A stretch of DNA of 64,000 nt from Thermoproteota archaeon (GTDB lineage: Archaea; Thermoproteota; Thermoprotei; Gearchaeales; Gearchaeaceae), in NCBI GenBank assembly GCA_032249235.1, contig JAVVGF010000002.1:64001-128000 (forward strand). Reading direction: 5' to 3'. The notes beneath the pieces are model-generated. The model was not told where the DNA came from and searched no databases. It was given only the letters and a program-made list of their open reading frames with translations. How positions within the stretch are numbered: position 1 is the stretch's first letter; each line of letters starts with the position of its first letter. Of the stretch, positions 19,404 through 28,244 are shown in pieces. The translations under genes and the position numbers were made by a program.

Positions 19404-20063
19404 ATGCTTATGGATTTGTCTGATTTATTTAGGAACTTTATCGAACAAATAATTGGTCTAGGTTATGTAGGAATTTTCCTAATCTCACTTATAGCGAGCT
19501 CAATTCCTTTTCTTCCATTACCTTATTTGATATTGGTGGTATTAACTGCGAGCCAATATGATTACTTAGATTTATTCATTTATTGCTTAATGGCTGGATT
19601 AGGAGGATCGATAGGAAAATTGACAACATATTATCTAGGAAGAACTACAAATCTTGCTTTAAGTGAGGAAAAAAAGAAACAGCTTGAATTCTTTAGGAAA
19701 ATAACTAGAAAATATGGCACAATCGGAGTTTTCATATTCGCCATAACTCCTTTACCAGATGATATTTTATATTTTCCTTTAGGTGTAGGAAAGTTTGATT
19801 TTAAAAGATTCTTCTTTGCCAATATGCTAGGTAAGATTTTACTTGTAATGATTGTAGGATTTCTATCAAAAACTTATTACAATATAGCTAAAGATATAGC
19901 TGGAGAAAGTTTAAATTTTCAAGTGACAATCATCGCAATAATTTTTGCAATAATCCTTACTATTTTGCTACTTAAAATAAATTGGTATAATACATACACA
20001 ATACTAGAAAAAGAAGGAGTGAAAGGCCTCGTAAAGAATTTTAGAAAAGTTTTTAAGCGCTAG
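19404..20063 (+). CDS. DedA/VTT-domain membrane protein
   Basis: IPFLPLPY, GG.IG....Y.LGR, FAITPLPDD, G...F..F...N.LGK. Confidence 0.88.
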   Translation: MLMDLSDLFRNFIEQIIGLGYVGIFLISLIASSIPFLPLPYLILVVLTASQYDYLDLFIYCLMAGLGGSIGKLTTYYLGRTTNLALSEEKKKQLEFFRKITRKYGTIGVFIFAITPLPDDILYFPLGVGKFDFKRFFFANMLGKILLVMIVGFLSKTYYNIAKDIAGESLNFQVTIIAIIFAIILTILLLKINWYNTYTILEKEGVKGLVKNFRKVFKR

Positions 20064-20140
20064 GGGTGGGATTCGAACCCACACGGGCGTTACGCCCACT
20101 GGTTTTCGAGACCAGCGCGTTACCACTCCGCCACCCTAGC
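20058..20140 (-). tRNA. tRNA-Ser (anticodon CGA)
   Basis: Reverse complement GCTAGGG...CTGGT-CT-CGA-AA-ACCAG, long variable arm GGGCG-TAA-CGCCC, GGTTCGAATCC T-loop, CCCTAGC-G; no CCA, no intron. Confidence 0.96.
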
Positions 20141-20148
20141 ACCAGAAA

Positions 20149-20601
20149 TTATTTTGATAAAAGAGGTTTAAATTTTTGTAAGAAGACTTCAATAGTTACC
20201 ATTATTTTAGAATCCCTTTTAGAGATGATCCTTATAAAAGAACGATCAAAGTCTGCAGCTGCTTTATTTGCTTTAATAGCAAGCGTTCTATCATCGATAT
20301 AATCGCTTTTCCTCACCACAATACTCCTATTATTAGATAACAAAAGCTTGCTCGAACCATGTGCTAATACTTCTTCATGAATTCCTTGGCATTCAAGCGT
20401 AATCTTTACTAAGGATTCATCATTTTTTATTATCTTAACAACTTCTGCATCTAGATCTGAACAAGCTTTTTCTGATTTAATAGCTATTATGCAATCACCC
20501 CTTTCAGTTAAGTATTCATCCTTTGTTATTTCAAAAGTTTTCTTATGCGATGCTTTGATTAATTCATGACCCCAAGCTATGAATGAGGTCTTAGCATACA
20601 T
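20149..20601 (-). CDS. DUF371 family protein
   Basis: GHELIKASHKKTFEITKD.YLT.RGDCII, VVRKSDYIDDRT, ANKAAAD. Confidence 0.9.
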   Translation of the reverse strand: MYAKTSFIAWGHELIKASHKKTFEITKDEYLTERGDCIIAIKSEKACSDLDAEVVKIIKNDESLVKITLECQGIHEEVLAHGSSKLLLSNNRSIVVRKSDYIDDRTLAIKANKAAADFDRSFIRIISKRDSKIMVTIEVFLQKFKPLLSK

Positions 20602-20635
20602 TTAAAATTTATTAAATATTGAATTTAAAAAACAT

Positions 20636-21217
20636 GTGGAAAAATTCTATGTTATTACATGGAACCAGCTATATCGAGATGTAATAAAGTTATGCTCTTT
20701 AATAAAACAAGATAATTATAAGCCTGATATATTAGTAGCTTTAGCTAGAGGAGGATGGGTGATTGCAAGAATCGTTTCGGATATGCTTGAAATTGACCAA
20801 ATAACAGACATGCATGTCTCTTTTTATACAGACATTAATAGAACAAAAAAAGAACCAATAATCCTAGAGGATTTAGGTAAGGATGTTTCAGATAAAAGAG
20901 TTCTAGTTATTGATGATGTAAGCGATACAGGTGAATCGCTCATAAAAGTATTGGGATATCTTAAAGAGAAAAGACCATTGGAAATCAAAACTGCAACTGT
21001 TTACATAAAACCATGGACAAAATATGTTCCTCATTATTATGTCAAAGAATTTGATGGATGGATAATATATCCTTACGAAATAAAGGAAACAATAAAAAAG
21101 CTTTGGAATAGATGGATTAAAGAAGGAATGAAAGAAGAAGAAATAATAGAGAAACTGCAATCGATTAAGTTACCTAAATGGCAAATCAAATTAGTATTGA
21201 AAGATATCAAAAGTTGA
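20636..21217 (+). CDS. Type I phosphoribosyltransferase (archaeal purine PRTase-like)
   Basis: LARGG, PRPP-binding VLVIDDVSDTGES, WIIYPYE. Confidence 0.9.
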   Translation: MEKFYVITWNQLYRDVIKLCSLIKQDNYKPDILVALARGGWVIARIVSDMLEIDQITDMHVSFYTDINRTKKEPIILEDLGKDVSDKRVLVIDDVSDTGESLIKVLGYLKEKRPLEIKTATVYIKPWTKYVPHYYVKEFDGWIIYPYEIKETIKKLWNRWIKEGMKEEEIIEKLQSIKLPKWQIKLVLKDIKS

Positions 21218-22514
21218 TTATTAAATCCTCAAAAGCCTTTTCAAATTTTTTAATGATTTCATCTTCATTTTCTTTCGCTAGCCTATAATCGAATACTGAG
21301 ATTTCTCCATTTACAATGACATATTTTGCTTTCATACCAGAGCATGAATATACAAGATGATTTATAATATGTTGCCCATCATCAGAAATGAGCGGTTTCA
21401 TTCGAATTTCATTTAAATCATATAAAGCAAGATCTGCTACGTAGCTTTTTTCGATCAAGCCAATCTTTATTTCAGGATAAAAGATTTTATATGCTTCATA
21501 AGTAGCAAGTCTGAAGATATCTTTTGAAGATAAAACTGAAGGATCTTTATGCATATACTTTTGTAACAAAGAAGAAAATTTCATCATTTCGAAAGGATCT
21601 AAAGAATTGTTACTTGCTGGGCCGTCGGTACCTAAACAACATCTAATACCTTCATTGATAAGACGTCTTAAATCAGCCGTTGAACCTGATGCTAGTTTGA
21701 GATTAGAAATTGTGTTTTGAACTATAGCTACTTTTCCTTTTTTCATCAACTCATATTCTTTTTCACTAAACCAATTACCATGAGCATAAACGCACCTTTC
21801 ATTACACAACCCTACTTTGTCTAACAATTCAACCTCTCTCATCCCATATCTTTCAATGCATTGATTTTGTTCTTCCATCGTCTCAGCAACATGTATTTGA
21901 ACTAAAGAATTATACTCTTGGGAATATTCAGCTATAATTTCTAGTAATTCTCTTGAACATGTATATGTAGCATGAGGCCCAAAACTAGATTTTATAAGTT
22001 TAGAATTTAATGAAATTAAGCGTTTATGCATATCCAAAGCTATTTTGGCTTTTTTATCTGTTTCACTTTTATCAAAGAAATCAAAAATTCCTTCGCATAA
22101 AACACCTCTAAAGTTCAATTCTATGAATGCCTTCGCTACATAGTCCATATTAAAATACATATCAGCACAACCTGAGAAACCGCTTTTCAACATTTCCATT
22201 GCAGAGAATTTTGCCCCAATATACATATGTTCAGCATTCAACCTTTTTTCTAAAGGCCACACCTTTTCTTCTAGCCATTTATGTAAAGGCAGATCCTCGG
22301 CAATACCTCGAAATAAGCTCATTGGAGAGTGTGTATGCCCATTGAAGAAACACGGAATTACGAGAAGATTCTTGCAATCTATACTTATACCGCTTGTAGA
22401 TAATCCTTCGCCTATTTCTTCAATCTTTCCTTCTCTAATCAAGATGTCTTTGTTTTTTCTTAGACACACGGCATCTAATATCAGCTTGCAATTTTTAAGG
22501 AGAATTTCTTCCAT
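21207..22514 (-). CDS. Amidohydrolase, MtaD/DadD-like nucleoside deaminase
   Basis: NGHTH, GPHATYT, IHVAET, AHG, SNLKLASG, GTDGPASNN. Confidence 0.88.
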   Translation of the reverse strand: MEEILLKNCKLILDAVCLRKNKDILIREGKIEEIGEGLSTSGISIDCKNLLVIPCFFNGHTHSPMSLFRGIAEDLPLHKWLEEKVWPLEKRLNAEHMYIGAKFSAMEMLKSGFSGCADMYFNMDYVAKAFIELNFRGVLCEGIFDFFDKSETDKKAKIALDMHKRLISLNSKLIKSSFGPHATYTCSRELLEIIAEYSQEYNSLVQIHVAETMEEQNQCIERYGMREVELLDKVGLCNERCVYAHGNWFSEKEYELMKKGKVAIVQNTISNLKLASGSTADLRRLINEGIRCCLGTDGPASNNSLDPFEMMKFSSLLQKYMHKDPSVLSSKDIFRLATYEAYKIFYPEIKIGLIEKSYVADLALYDLNEIRMKPLISDDGQHIINHLVYSCSGMKAKYVIVNGEISVFDYRLAKENEDEIIKKFEKAFEDLIINF

Positions 22515-22578
22515 ATTTCAAAAGATATTGAGTAATTAAAAAACTAAAGTAATATAAAAGTAATTCGATTAATTCTCG

Positions 22579-23871
22579 ATGAATCTAAATGAAATATATG
22601 CTACGTTGAAATTAATTAAAGAACATAACAGGTGGAGAAGAAAAGAATGTATTAACCTAATAGCTTCTGAGAATATAACATCGCCTCTTGTAGATGCTGT
22701 TTATCTAAGTGATGCAATGCATAGATATGCCGAAGGAACACCTTTCAAAAGATTTTATCAAGGAACGAAATTCATCGATGAAATTGAAGAAAAAACTAAT
22801 CAAGTACTAGGAGAATTGTTCAATGCCAAATTCGTTGATGTTAGACCTATATCTGGAACAACTGCTAACGGTGCTGCTTTTTATGCTTTAGCAAACAGAG
22901 GAGATAAAGCGCTTGTATTGCCTGTATATGCAGGATCACATGTAAGTCATACGAAATTTGGAATTTTAGGAGCATTAGGGATAATCGAGGAAGAAATGCC
23001 TTTCAATGGAGAAGACATGGTCATCGATGTTGAGAATACAAAAAAGAAGATAAGAGAAATAAAGCCTAAGATAGTCATACTCGGTGGTACAGTAATACTG
23101 TTCAGACATCCTGTTAAAGAATTAATAGAAGTAGTAGAAGAAAATGGAGGATACATAATCTATGATGCCGCTCATGTACTAGGACTAATCGCAGGTAATA
23201 GATTCCAAAATCCTGTTCTTGAAGGAGCACATCTAGTTACGAGTTCAACACATAAGACTTTTCCAGGTCCTCAAGGAGGTGTAGTTTTCTCAAATGATGA
23301 AGAAGTCTTTAAAAGATTTAAGAAAGTAATCTTTCCAGTATTTGTATCGAACCATCATTTGCATAGACTCGCAGCCACTTTAATCACAGCTTATGAAATG
23401 AAATATTTCGGCGAAGAATATGCATCGAACATAATAAAAAATGCAAAAACTTTAGCTGAAGAACTTCATGCTTATGGATTTAAAGTATTGGGTGAGAAAA
23501 ACGGTTTCACTGAAACTCATCAAGTAGTATTGAATGTAAAAGAATTTGGTGGAGGAACATATGTTGCTGAGTATCTAGAAAAATGCAATATTATAACCAA
23601 TAAGAACATGATACCTGGAGATACGCCAGAAATGGTCAGGAATCCATCTGGACTTAGATTAGGTGTTCAGGAAATGACAAGATTAGGAATGGGAGCTAGC
23701 GAAATGAAATATATTGCAGAATTGTTCTATAAAGCATTAATTAGAAAAACATCTATTGAAGAGATTAAACAAACTGTTTTAGAATTTAGAAAGAACTACC
23801 AAGAAGTAAAGTATGCATTCAATATAGATTTAAAGTCGTTTGCAGAAGAATATTTACCAATTCTAAGCTAA
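22579..23871 (+). CDS. glyA: Serine hydroxymethyltransferase
   Basis: LIASEN, RYAEG, YDAAH, STHKTFPGPQGG, PSGLRLG. Confidence 0.97.
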   Translation: MNLNEIYATLKLIKEHNRWRRKECINLIASENITSPLVDAVYLSDAMHRYAEGTPFKRFYQGTKFIDEIEEKTNQVLGELFNAKFVDVRPISGTTANGAAFYALANRGDKALVLPVYAGSHVSHTKFGILGALGIIEEEMPFNGEDMVIDVENTKKKIREIKPKIVILGGTVILFRHPVKELIEVVEENGGYIIYDAAHVLGLIAGNRFQNPVLEGAHLVTSSTHKTFPGPQGGVVFSNDEEVFKRFKKVIFPVFVSNHHLHRLAATLITAYEMKYFGEEYASNIIKNAKTLAEELHAYGFKVLGEKNGFTETHQVVLNVKEFGGGTYVAEYLEKCNIITNKNMIPGDTPEMVRNPSGLRLGVQEMTRLGMGASEMKYIAELFYKALIRKTSIEEIKQTVLEFRKNYQEVKYAFNIDLKSFAEEYLPILS

Positions 23872-24837
23872 AATTCGAAGATATTGGTCTTCAATTTCTC
23901 TAACACCATAAGCAAGCCTAAAATATTCATCATCTTTTTCTCTATATTTTTGAAGTATTGCCTTAATTTGAACCTTGTCTCCTTCTTCAAATGCATCCAA
24001 ATAATAATTCTCAAATATAACTAATTCTTTTATTTCATATTTTGTTTCATAAGGTTTAATTTTATATCTAAGTGGATAAAAATAAGGATCTAGTTTCTCA
24101 ATAATCTCGACTTTAGTTTCTATGATTCCTAGATTTTTTATCTTAACTTCATCATAACTTATTTTAACTTCATCAAATTTTAATACAGGATTAATAGAAA
24201 AATGTCTATTCTTATATATGCATTTATTCCATTTTCTTTTCGAAATTATACTATATGACTTTTTATCTAATCCTTTTATGATTTCTGAATCTTTTATTAA
24301 AAATTCCTTTCTTTCTTTTAGAAAATCTTTTATCTTTTCTACATTGTTTTTACCATAAACTACAATATCTATATCAGAATATATGACATTGTATATTCCT
24401 ACCAACAATGTTCCTGTCAAACCGAATTCGTATTTAGGTATGTTAGCATTATTAGAAAGTAAGTCTAAGATTTCGTATGCGCGTTTAGCCAACGAGTTCT
24501 CTCTTGTTAGATAGTCGAATCCTTTTGAAGTTAAAAATATTTTATCGATCTCTTTATGAGCTATCAAAGGAAGAATAGAATCCATATTGGTATCATATCT
24601 TAGATACTTTGAATAATATTTAGATAAGGTTCTTCGAAGTTCTGAGCTACTATATTCCTTTAAGGCCCTATCGTAATATGAATGATCCCTCCAAATTGTT
24701 GCATAATCGACTTTGACGTATCTAGGAATTGCTATTACATAATCTTTAGGATGCAAGTATCCTATAACTTGGGAAAAGATATTACCGCATTTTATAAAAT
24801 CTTTATCCCTTAATAAACCGTTCATAGATCCTAGCAT
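23863..24837 (-). CDS. Predicted Pol-beta-superfamily nucleotidyltransferase (COG1665-like)
   Basis: RDKDF, VIGYLHP, GLTGTLLVG....SDIDIVVYG, C-terminal OB-like segment; true start may be a few codons downstream. Confidence 0.8.
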   Translation of the reverse strand: MLGSMNGLLRDKDFIKCGNIFSQVIGYLHPKDYVIAIPRYVKVDYATIWRDHSYYDRALKEYSSSELRRTLSKYYSKYLRYDTNMDSILPLIAHKEIDKIFLTSKGFDYLTRENSLAKRAYEILDLLSNNANIPKYEFGLTGTLLVGIYNVIYSDIDIVVYGKNNVEKIKDFLKERKEFLIKDSEIIKGLDKKSYSIISKRKWNKCIYKNRHFSINPVLKFDEVKISYDEVKIKNLGIIETKVEIIEKLDPYFYPLRYKIKPYETKYEIKELVIFENYYLDAFEEGDKVQIKAILQKYREKDDEYFRLAYGVREIEDQYLRILA

Positions 24838-25699
24838 TTAAATAATATGTGGCTGAATTCCAATCTCTATCATCTTTTTCTAACAAACCTCTTTCAAACA
24901 TATCTCTGCAAGATTCTTTAACATCCATAGATTTAACTCTAATTTTATCTAATAAAGCGATCCTTGAAACAAGAGAGCCTAGTGTTTGTGGCCCAAAAAT
25001 TGCCAAGTGCCTAAATATTGCAGCTTCTAAAGCATCGCCTAACTTTATCGCTTCAAATATATCAAAATCATAAATCTCTACTCGGAAGTCAATAGTTTCA
25101 TCGCTAGTAATTAAAAATAACAAGGCTTCTAAATTCGATTTAAATCCTCTATAAGTGAGAGGTAAATTTGAAAGATCAAAATTTATATGTGCTTTATTTT
25201 GCTCGATAACATAATCCATCTCTTTTTCAAAAATTATATTCGAATTATTATTTATATTCTCTTTAATTAAAAATTTTATAGTCTTTATGTTTTTATCTTT
25301 TATAGGTTTTATAGATACTCGCGTTTTGTTATTTCTTATTATTTTAATTATTTTATCTTTATTTATTTCAACTTCAAAATTTATTTTCAGAGGATACGAT
25401 ACAATTTTTATAGTTTTTTCAAAAACTTTTGTCTTTTTCTTATAAGCTTCGATAGTCCATTTTATAGAAGTATTCTTTCCCTCATAACTAGGTCTTGCAT
25501 TGAAAGGTATGTAAAACGTTAATTTCTTTCCTTTTTCCCATTTATACCATATGTCCAGTAAGGGATAAATTAAACCATTGCTTAAGGTTTCATATGAATG
25601 AATAGATATCAAATCGCAGCTAATATTAAAAACACTAAAAGCAGAATTATTAAAAGCGTAATTTAGATTCAAGAATTCTCCTTGTCCAAAAGTATGCAT
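24803..25699 (-). CDS. Hypothetical protein: two arrestin/Spo0M-like beta-sandwich signatures plus C-terminal winged helix
   Basis: FYIPFNARPSYEGKNTSIKWTIEA and FDLSNLPLTYRGFKSNLEALL; C-terminal IFRHLAIFGPQTLGSL...MFERGLL...TYYL. ORF is confident, fold call is inference. Confidence 0.6.
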   Translation of the reverse strand: MHTFGQGEFLNLNYAFNNSAFSVFNISCDLISIHSYETLSNGLIYPLLDIWYKWEKGKKLTFYIPFNARPSYEGKNTSIKWTIEAYKKKTKVFEKTIKIVSYPLKINFEVEINKDKIIKIIRNNKTRVSIKPIKDKNIKTIKFLIKENINNNSNIIFEKEMDYVIEQNKAHINFDLSNLPLTYRGFKSNLEALLFLITSDETIDFRVEIYDFDIFEAIKLGDALEAAIFRHLAIFGPQTLGSLVSRIALLDKIRVKSMDVKESCRDMFERGLLEKDDRDWNSATYYLNARIYERFIKG

Positions 25700-25748
25700 T
25701 AAAATAAAGATGAAACACTGTTATATATTTCTTCTTTAATTATTTCTT

Positions 25749-26105
25749 ATGAGTGAAGCTCGAAGAAAAGCTTACATAAAAGATATAATCGAGCTAATAG
25801 ATGAGAATGAGAACTTAAATGTTAAGCTTTCTTTCTATTCAGATTTAACAGTCAATAATTTAATGAAGAAAGCATATAGTTTATGGGAGAATGGGGGTGG
25901 CAAAGGAATACCGCTCGATTATCTAAGCGATGAAGAACTTGAGGAATTACATATACGAGCGATACATTATTATCAAAACCCTATAGGATTTTCTTATACT
26001 GATATGGTGAAAGGAATTAATATAGAAGAAAGGAAGATCAATAAAGAAGGAATCGGGAGTAAATTTACTAAGGTTCTAAGAAGATTATTCTTTGCTTCTT
26101 CTTAA
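25749..26105 (+). CDS. Hypothetical protein with C-terminal amphipathic helix
   Basis: 118-aa ORF with normal composition, divergent from the upstream gene; ends SKFTKVLRRLFFASS. Confidence 0.7.
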   Translation: MSEARRKAYIKDIIELIDENENLNVKLSFYSDLTVNNLMKKAYSLWENGGGKGIPLDYLSDEELEELHIRAIHYYQNPIGFSYTDMVKGINIEERKINKEGIGSKFTKVLRRLFFASS

Positions 26106-27157
26106 AGAGGTTTAATATTCTTTTGAATCTCTTCCCGAACTATTTCTTGATACGGCTTATTGCCGCTATATAAATGACAAGCAACGAAATGATTTGGTTT
26201 AACCTCGACTAATTGAGGTTCTACCTTTTTGCATATATCCATTACGTAAGGACATCTGGGATGGAATCTACAACCGGGAGGAATAAATACTGAGCTAGGT
26301 ATTTCTCCTATTATCTTTATTTCCTTCAATTTAAATCTCAGCTCTGGATTCGGTTCAGGTACTGCAGCTACTAGTGCTTGCGTATACGGATGCAAAGGAT
26401 CTTCAATAACCTCATCAGAACTTCCCAATTCGATAATTTTTCCTAAATACATCACAGCGATTCTGTCGGCAATATATCTAGCTGTAGAGAGATCATGAGT
26501 AATATACAAATATGTTAGATTATACTTTTCTTTTAGAGAACGCATCAATTCAAGGATTTCAGCCCTAATCGATACATCAAGCATTGATACAGGTTCATCT
26601 GCAACTATAAACTTTGGTCTTAGGATTAATGCTCTTGCAATAGCAACTCTTTGTCTCTGACCTCCACTTAATTGATGAGGAAATCGCCATGTGAATTCTT
26701 CAGGAGGGATTAGACGAACATCTTCCAATATTTTCGCGACGAGCTCTTTTCTTTCTTCTTCACTTTTCGTTATCCTATGTATTATCAATGGTTCTTCAAG
26801 AGAAGCACCTATTGTAAATCTAGGGTCCAATGAACTGTAGGGATCTTGAAATATCATCTGTGCTTGTCTTCTGAAAACTTTTAAAGGGTATCCCATTAAA
26901 TCTTTCAAAGGTATTCCACCGAAGTAGATCTCCCCCGAAGTAACGTCGATTAGTTTTAGCAATAATCTCCCCGTTGTTGTTTTACCACTACCTGATTCGC
27001 CCACCAATGCAAAAGTCTCTCCTTGATAAATTGAGAAATCAATAATGTCAACAGCTCTTGAATAAATAATAGGAAATCTTTGTAGAGCTCCCTTTACTCC
27101 TCTAGGTAAAGGAAACCATTTAGCTAATCTATATGCCAGTACGAGAGGTTTATTCAT
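26102..27157 (-). CDS. oppF: Oligopeptide/dipeptide ABC transporter ATPase, OppF/DppF type
   Basis: GESGSGKTT, FQDPYSSL, LSGGQRQR, ADEPVSMLD, C-terminal GCRFHPRC...C...ACH. Confidence 0.93.
   Translation of the reverse strand: MNKPLVLAYRLAKWFPLPRGVKGALQRFPIIYSRAVDIIDFSIYQGETFALVGESGSGKTTTGRLLLKLIDVTSGEIYFGGIPLKDLMGYPLKVFRRQAQMIFQDPYSSLDPRFTIGASLEEPLIIHRITKSEEERKELVAKILEDVRLIPPEEFTWRFPHQLSGGQRQRVAIARALILRPKFIVADEPVSMLDVSIRAEILELMRSLKEKYNLTYLYITHDLSTARYIADRIAVMYLGKIIELGSSDEVIEDPLHPYTQALVAAVPEPNPELRFKLKEIKIIGEIPSSVFIPPGCRFHPRCPYVMDICKKVEPQLVEVKPNHFVACHLYSGNKPYQEIVREEIQKNIKPL
26167..26282. repeat. 116-bp perfect direct repeat, copy 1 (in oppF 3' region)
   Basis: Base-for-base identical to 27187-27302 (offset 1020 bp). 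Confidence 0.95.
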
Positions 27158-27163
27158 AGTAGT

Positions 27164-28153
27164 TCACTTATTTGTTTTTGCTTCATTATATAAATGACAA
27201 GCAACGAAATGATTTGGTTTAACCTCGACTAATTGAGGTTCTACCTTTTTGCATATATCCATTACGTAAGGACATCTGGGATGGAATCTACAACCGGGAG
27301 GAGGATTTCTTAAATCAGGAGGTACACCAGGAATGAACTCTAATTTTTCAATTTTCTCTCTCAGTCTAGGTATACTCTTTAATAACTTTTGAGTATATGG
27401 ATGCAAGGGTTCTTTATATAAGTCAAGAGATTTTGCTACTTCAACGATTTTCCCTGCATACATTATGGCTACTTTATCAGCTAGCTCCGCTATTATGCTC
27501 AAATCGTGAGATATTAATATCATTGAGGTTCCATATTTGGATTGAAGTTGTTTTAAGAGATTCAATATTTGAGCTTGTACTATTACATCTAATGCTGTTG
27601 TAGGTTCATCAGCAATCAAGAGCTTAGGTTTTAATAATAAAGCCATCGCTATAACAATTCTTTGTTTTTGTCCCCCGCTTAATTCATGAGGATAACGTTT
27701 AAGAATAGCAGGGTCAAGTGCAACTGATTTAAGATGCTCACTCATAATACTCTTTGCTTCATTGAAGCTAATATCCATATGATATTTGAATACTTCATAA
27801 AGTTGCTCTTCAATCGTATAAACTGGAGTCAACGCTTGCATCGCACCTTGAAAGACCATTGCAATCTTTTTCATTCTATATTCTTTTCTAAAAGTTTCAT
27901 TGTCAATTTCTAAGATATTTGTTCCTTCAAAGATTATTTTTCCATCTACTATCATTCCAGGAGGAGGAACAAGCCTAATAATTGAGTAGGCTAACGTACT
28001 CTTACCACAACCAGACTCGCCTGCTATACCCAAGACTTCGCCTTTATCAACAAATAAAGAGACATCATCGACGGCTTTTACAATACCCCTTGTAGTAAAG
28101 AAATAAGTCTTGAGATTTCTTATCTCTAACATCCTCGCCTTCATCTTATCCAT
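27164..28153 (-). CDS. oppD: Oligopeptide/dipeptide ABC transporter ATPase, OppD/DppD type
   Basis: GESGCGKST, VFQGAM, LSGGQKQR, ADEPTTALD, HPYT, GCRFHPRC. Confidence 0.93.
   Translation of the reverse strand: MDKMKARMLEIRNLKTYFFTTRGIVKAVDDVSLFVDKGEVLGIAGESGCGKSTLAYSIIRLVPPPGMIVDGKIIFEGTNILEIDNETFRKEYRMKKIAMVFQGAMQALTPVYTIEEQLYEVFKYHMDISFNEAKSIMSEHLKSVALDPAILKRYPHELSGGQKQRIVIAMALLLKPKLLIADEPTTALDVIVQAQILNLLKQLQSKYGTSMILISHDLSIIAELADKVAIMYAGKIVEVAKSLDLYKEPLHPYTQKLLKSIPRLREKIEKLEFIPGVPPDLRNPPPGCRFHPRCPYVMDICKKVEPQLVEVKPNHFVACHLYNEAKTNK
27187..27302. repeat. 116-bp perfect direct repeat, copy 2 (in oppD 3' region)
   Basis: Identical to 26167-26282. Confidence 0.95.
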
Positions 28154-28244
28154 AGAGAATTACCTATTTATATTTTGGGACAATAGTTAACGAACCTATA
28201 AGGTGTAATTAAGATTATTGCTCTTGTAATTTAAATAATATATC

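Noticed and set aside
20066-20302. 78-aa ORF MGFEPTRALRPLVFETSALPLRHPS...
   Set aside because: Classic antisense translation of a tRNA gene plus DUF371 antisense.
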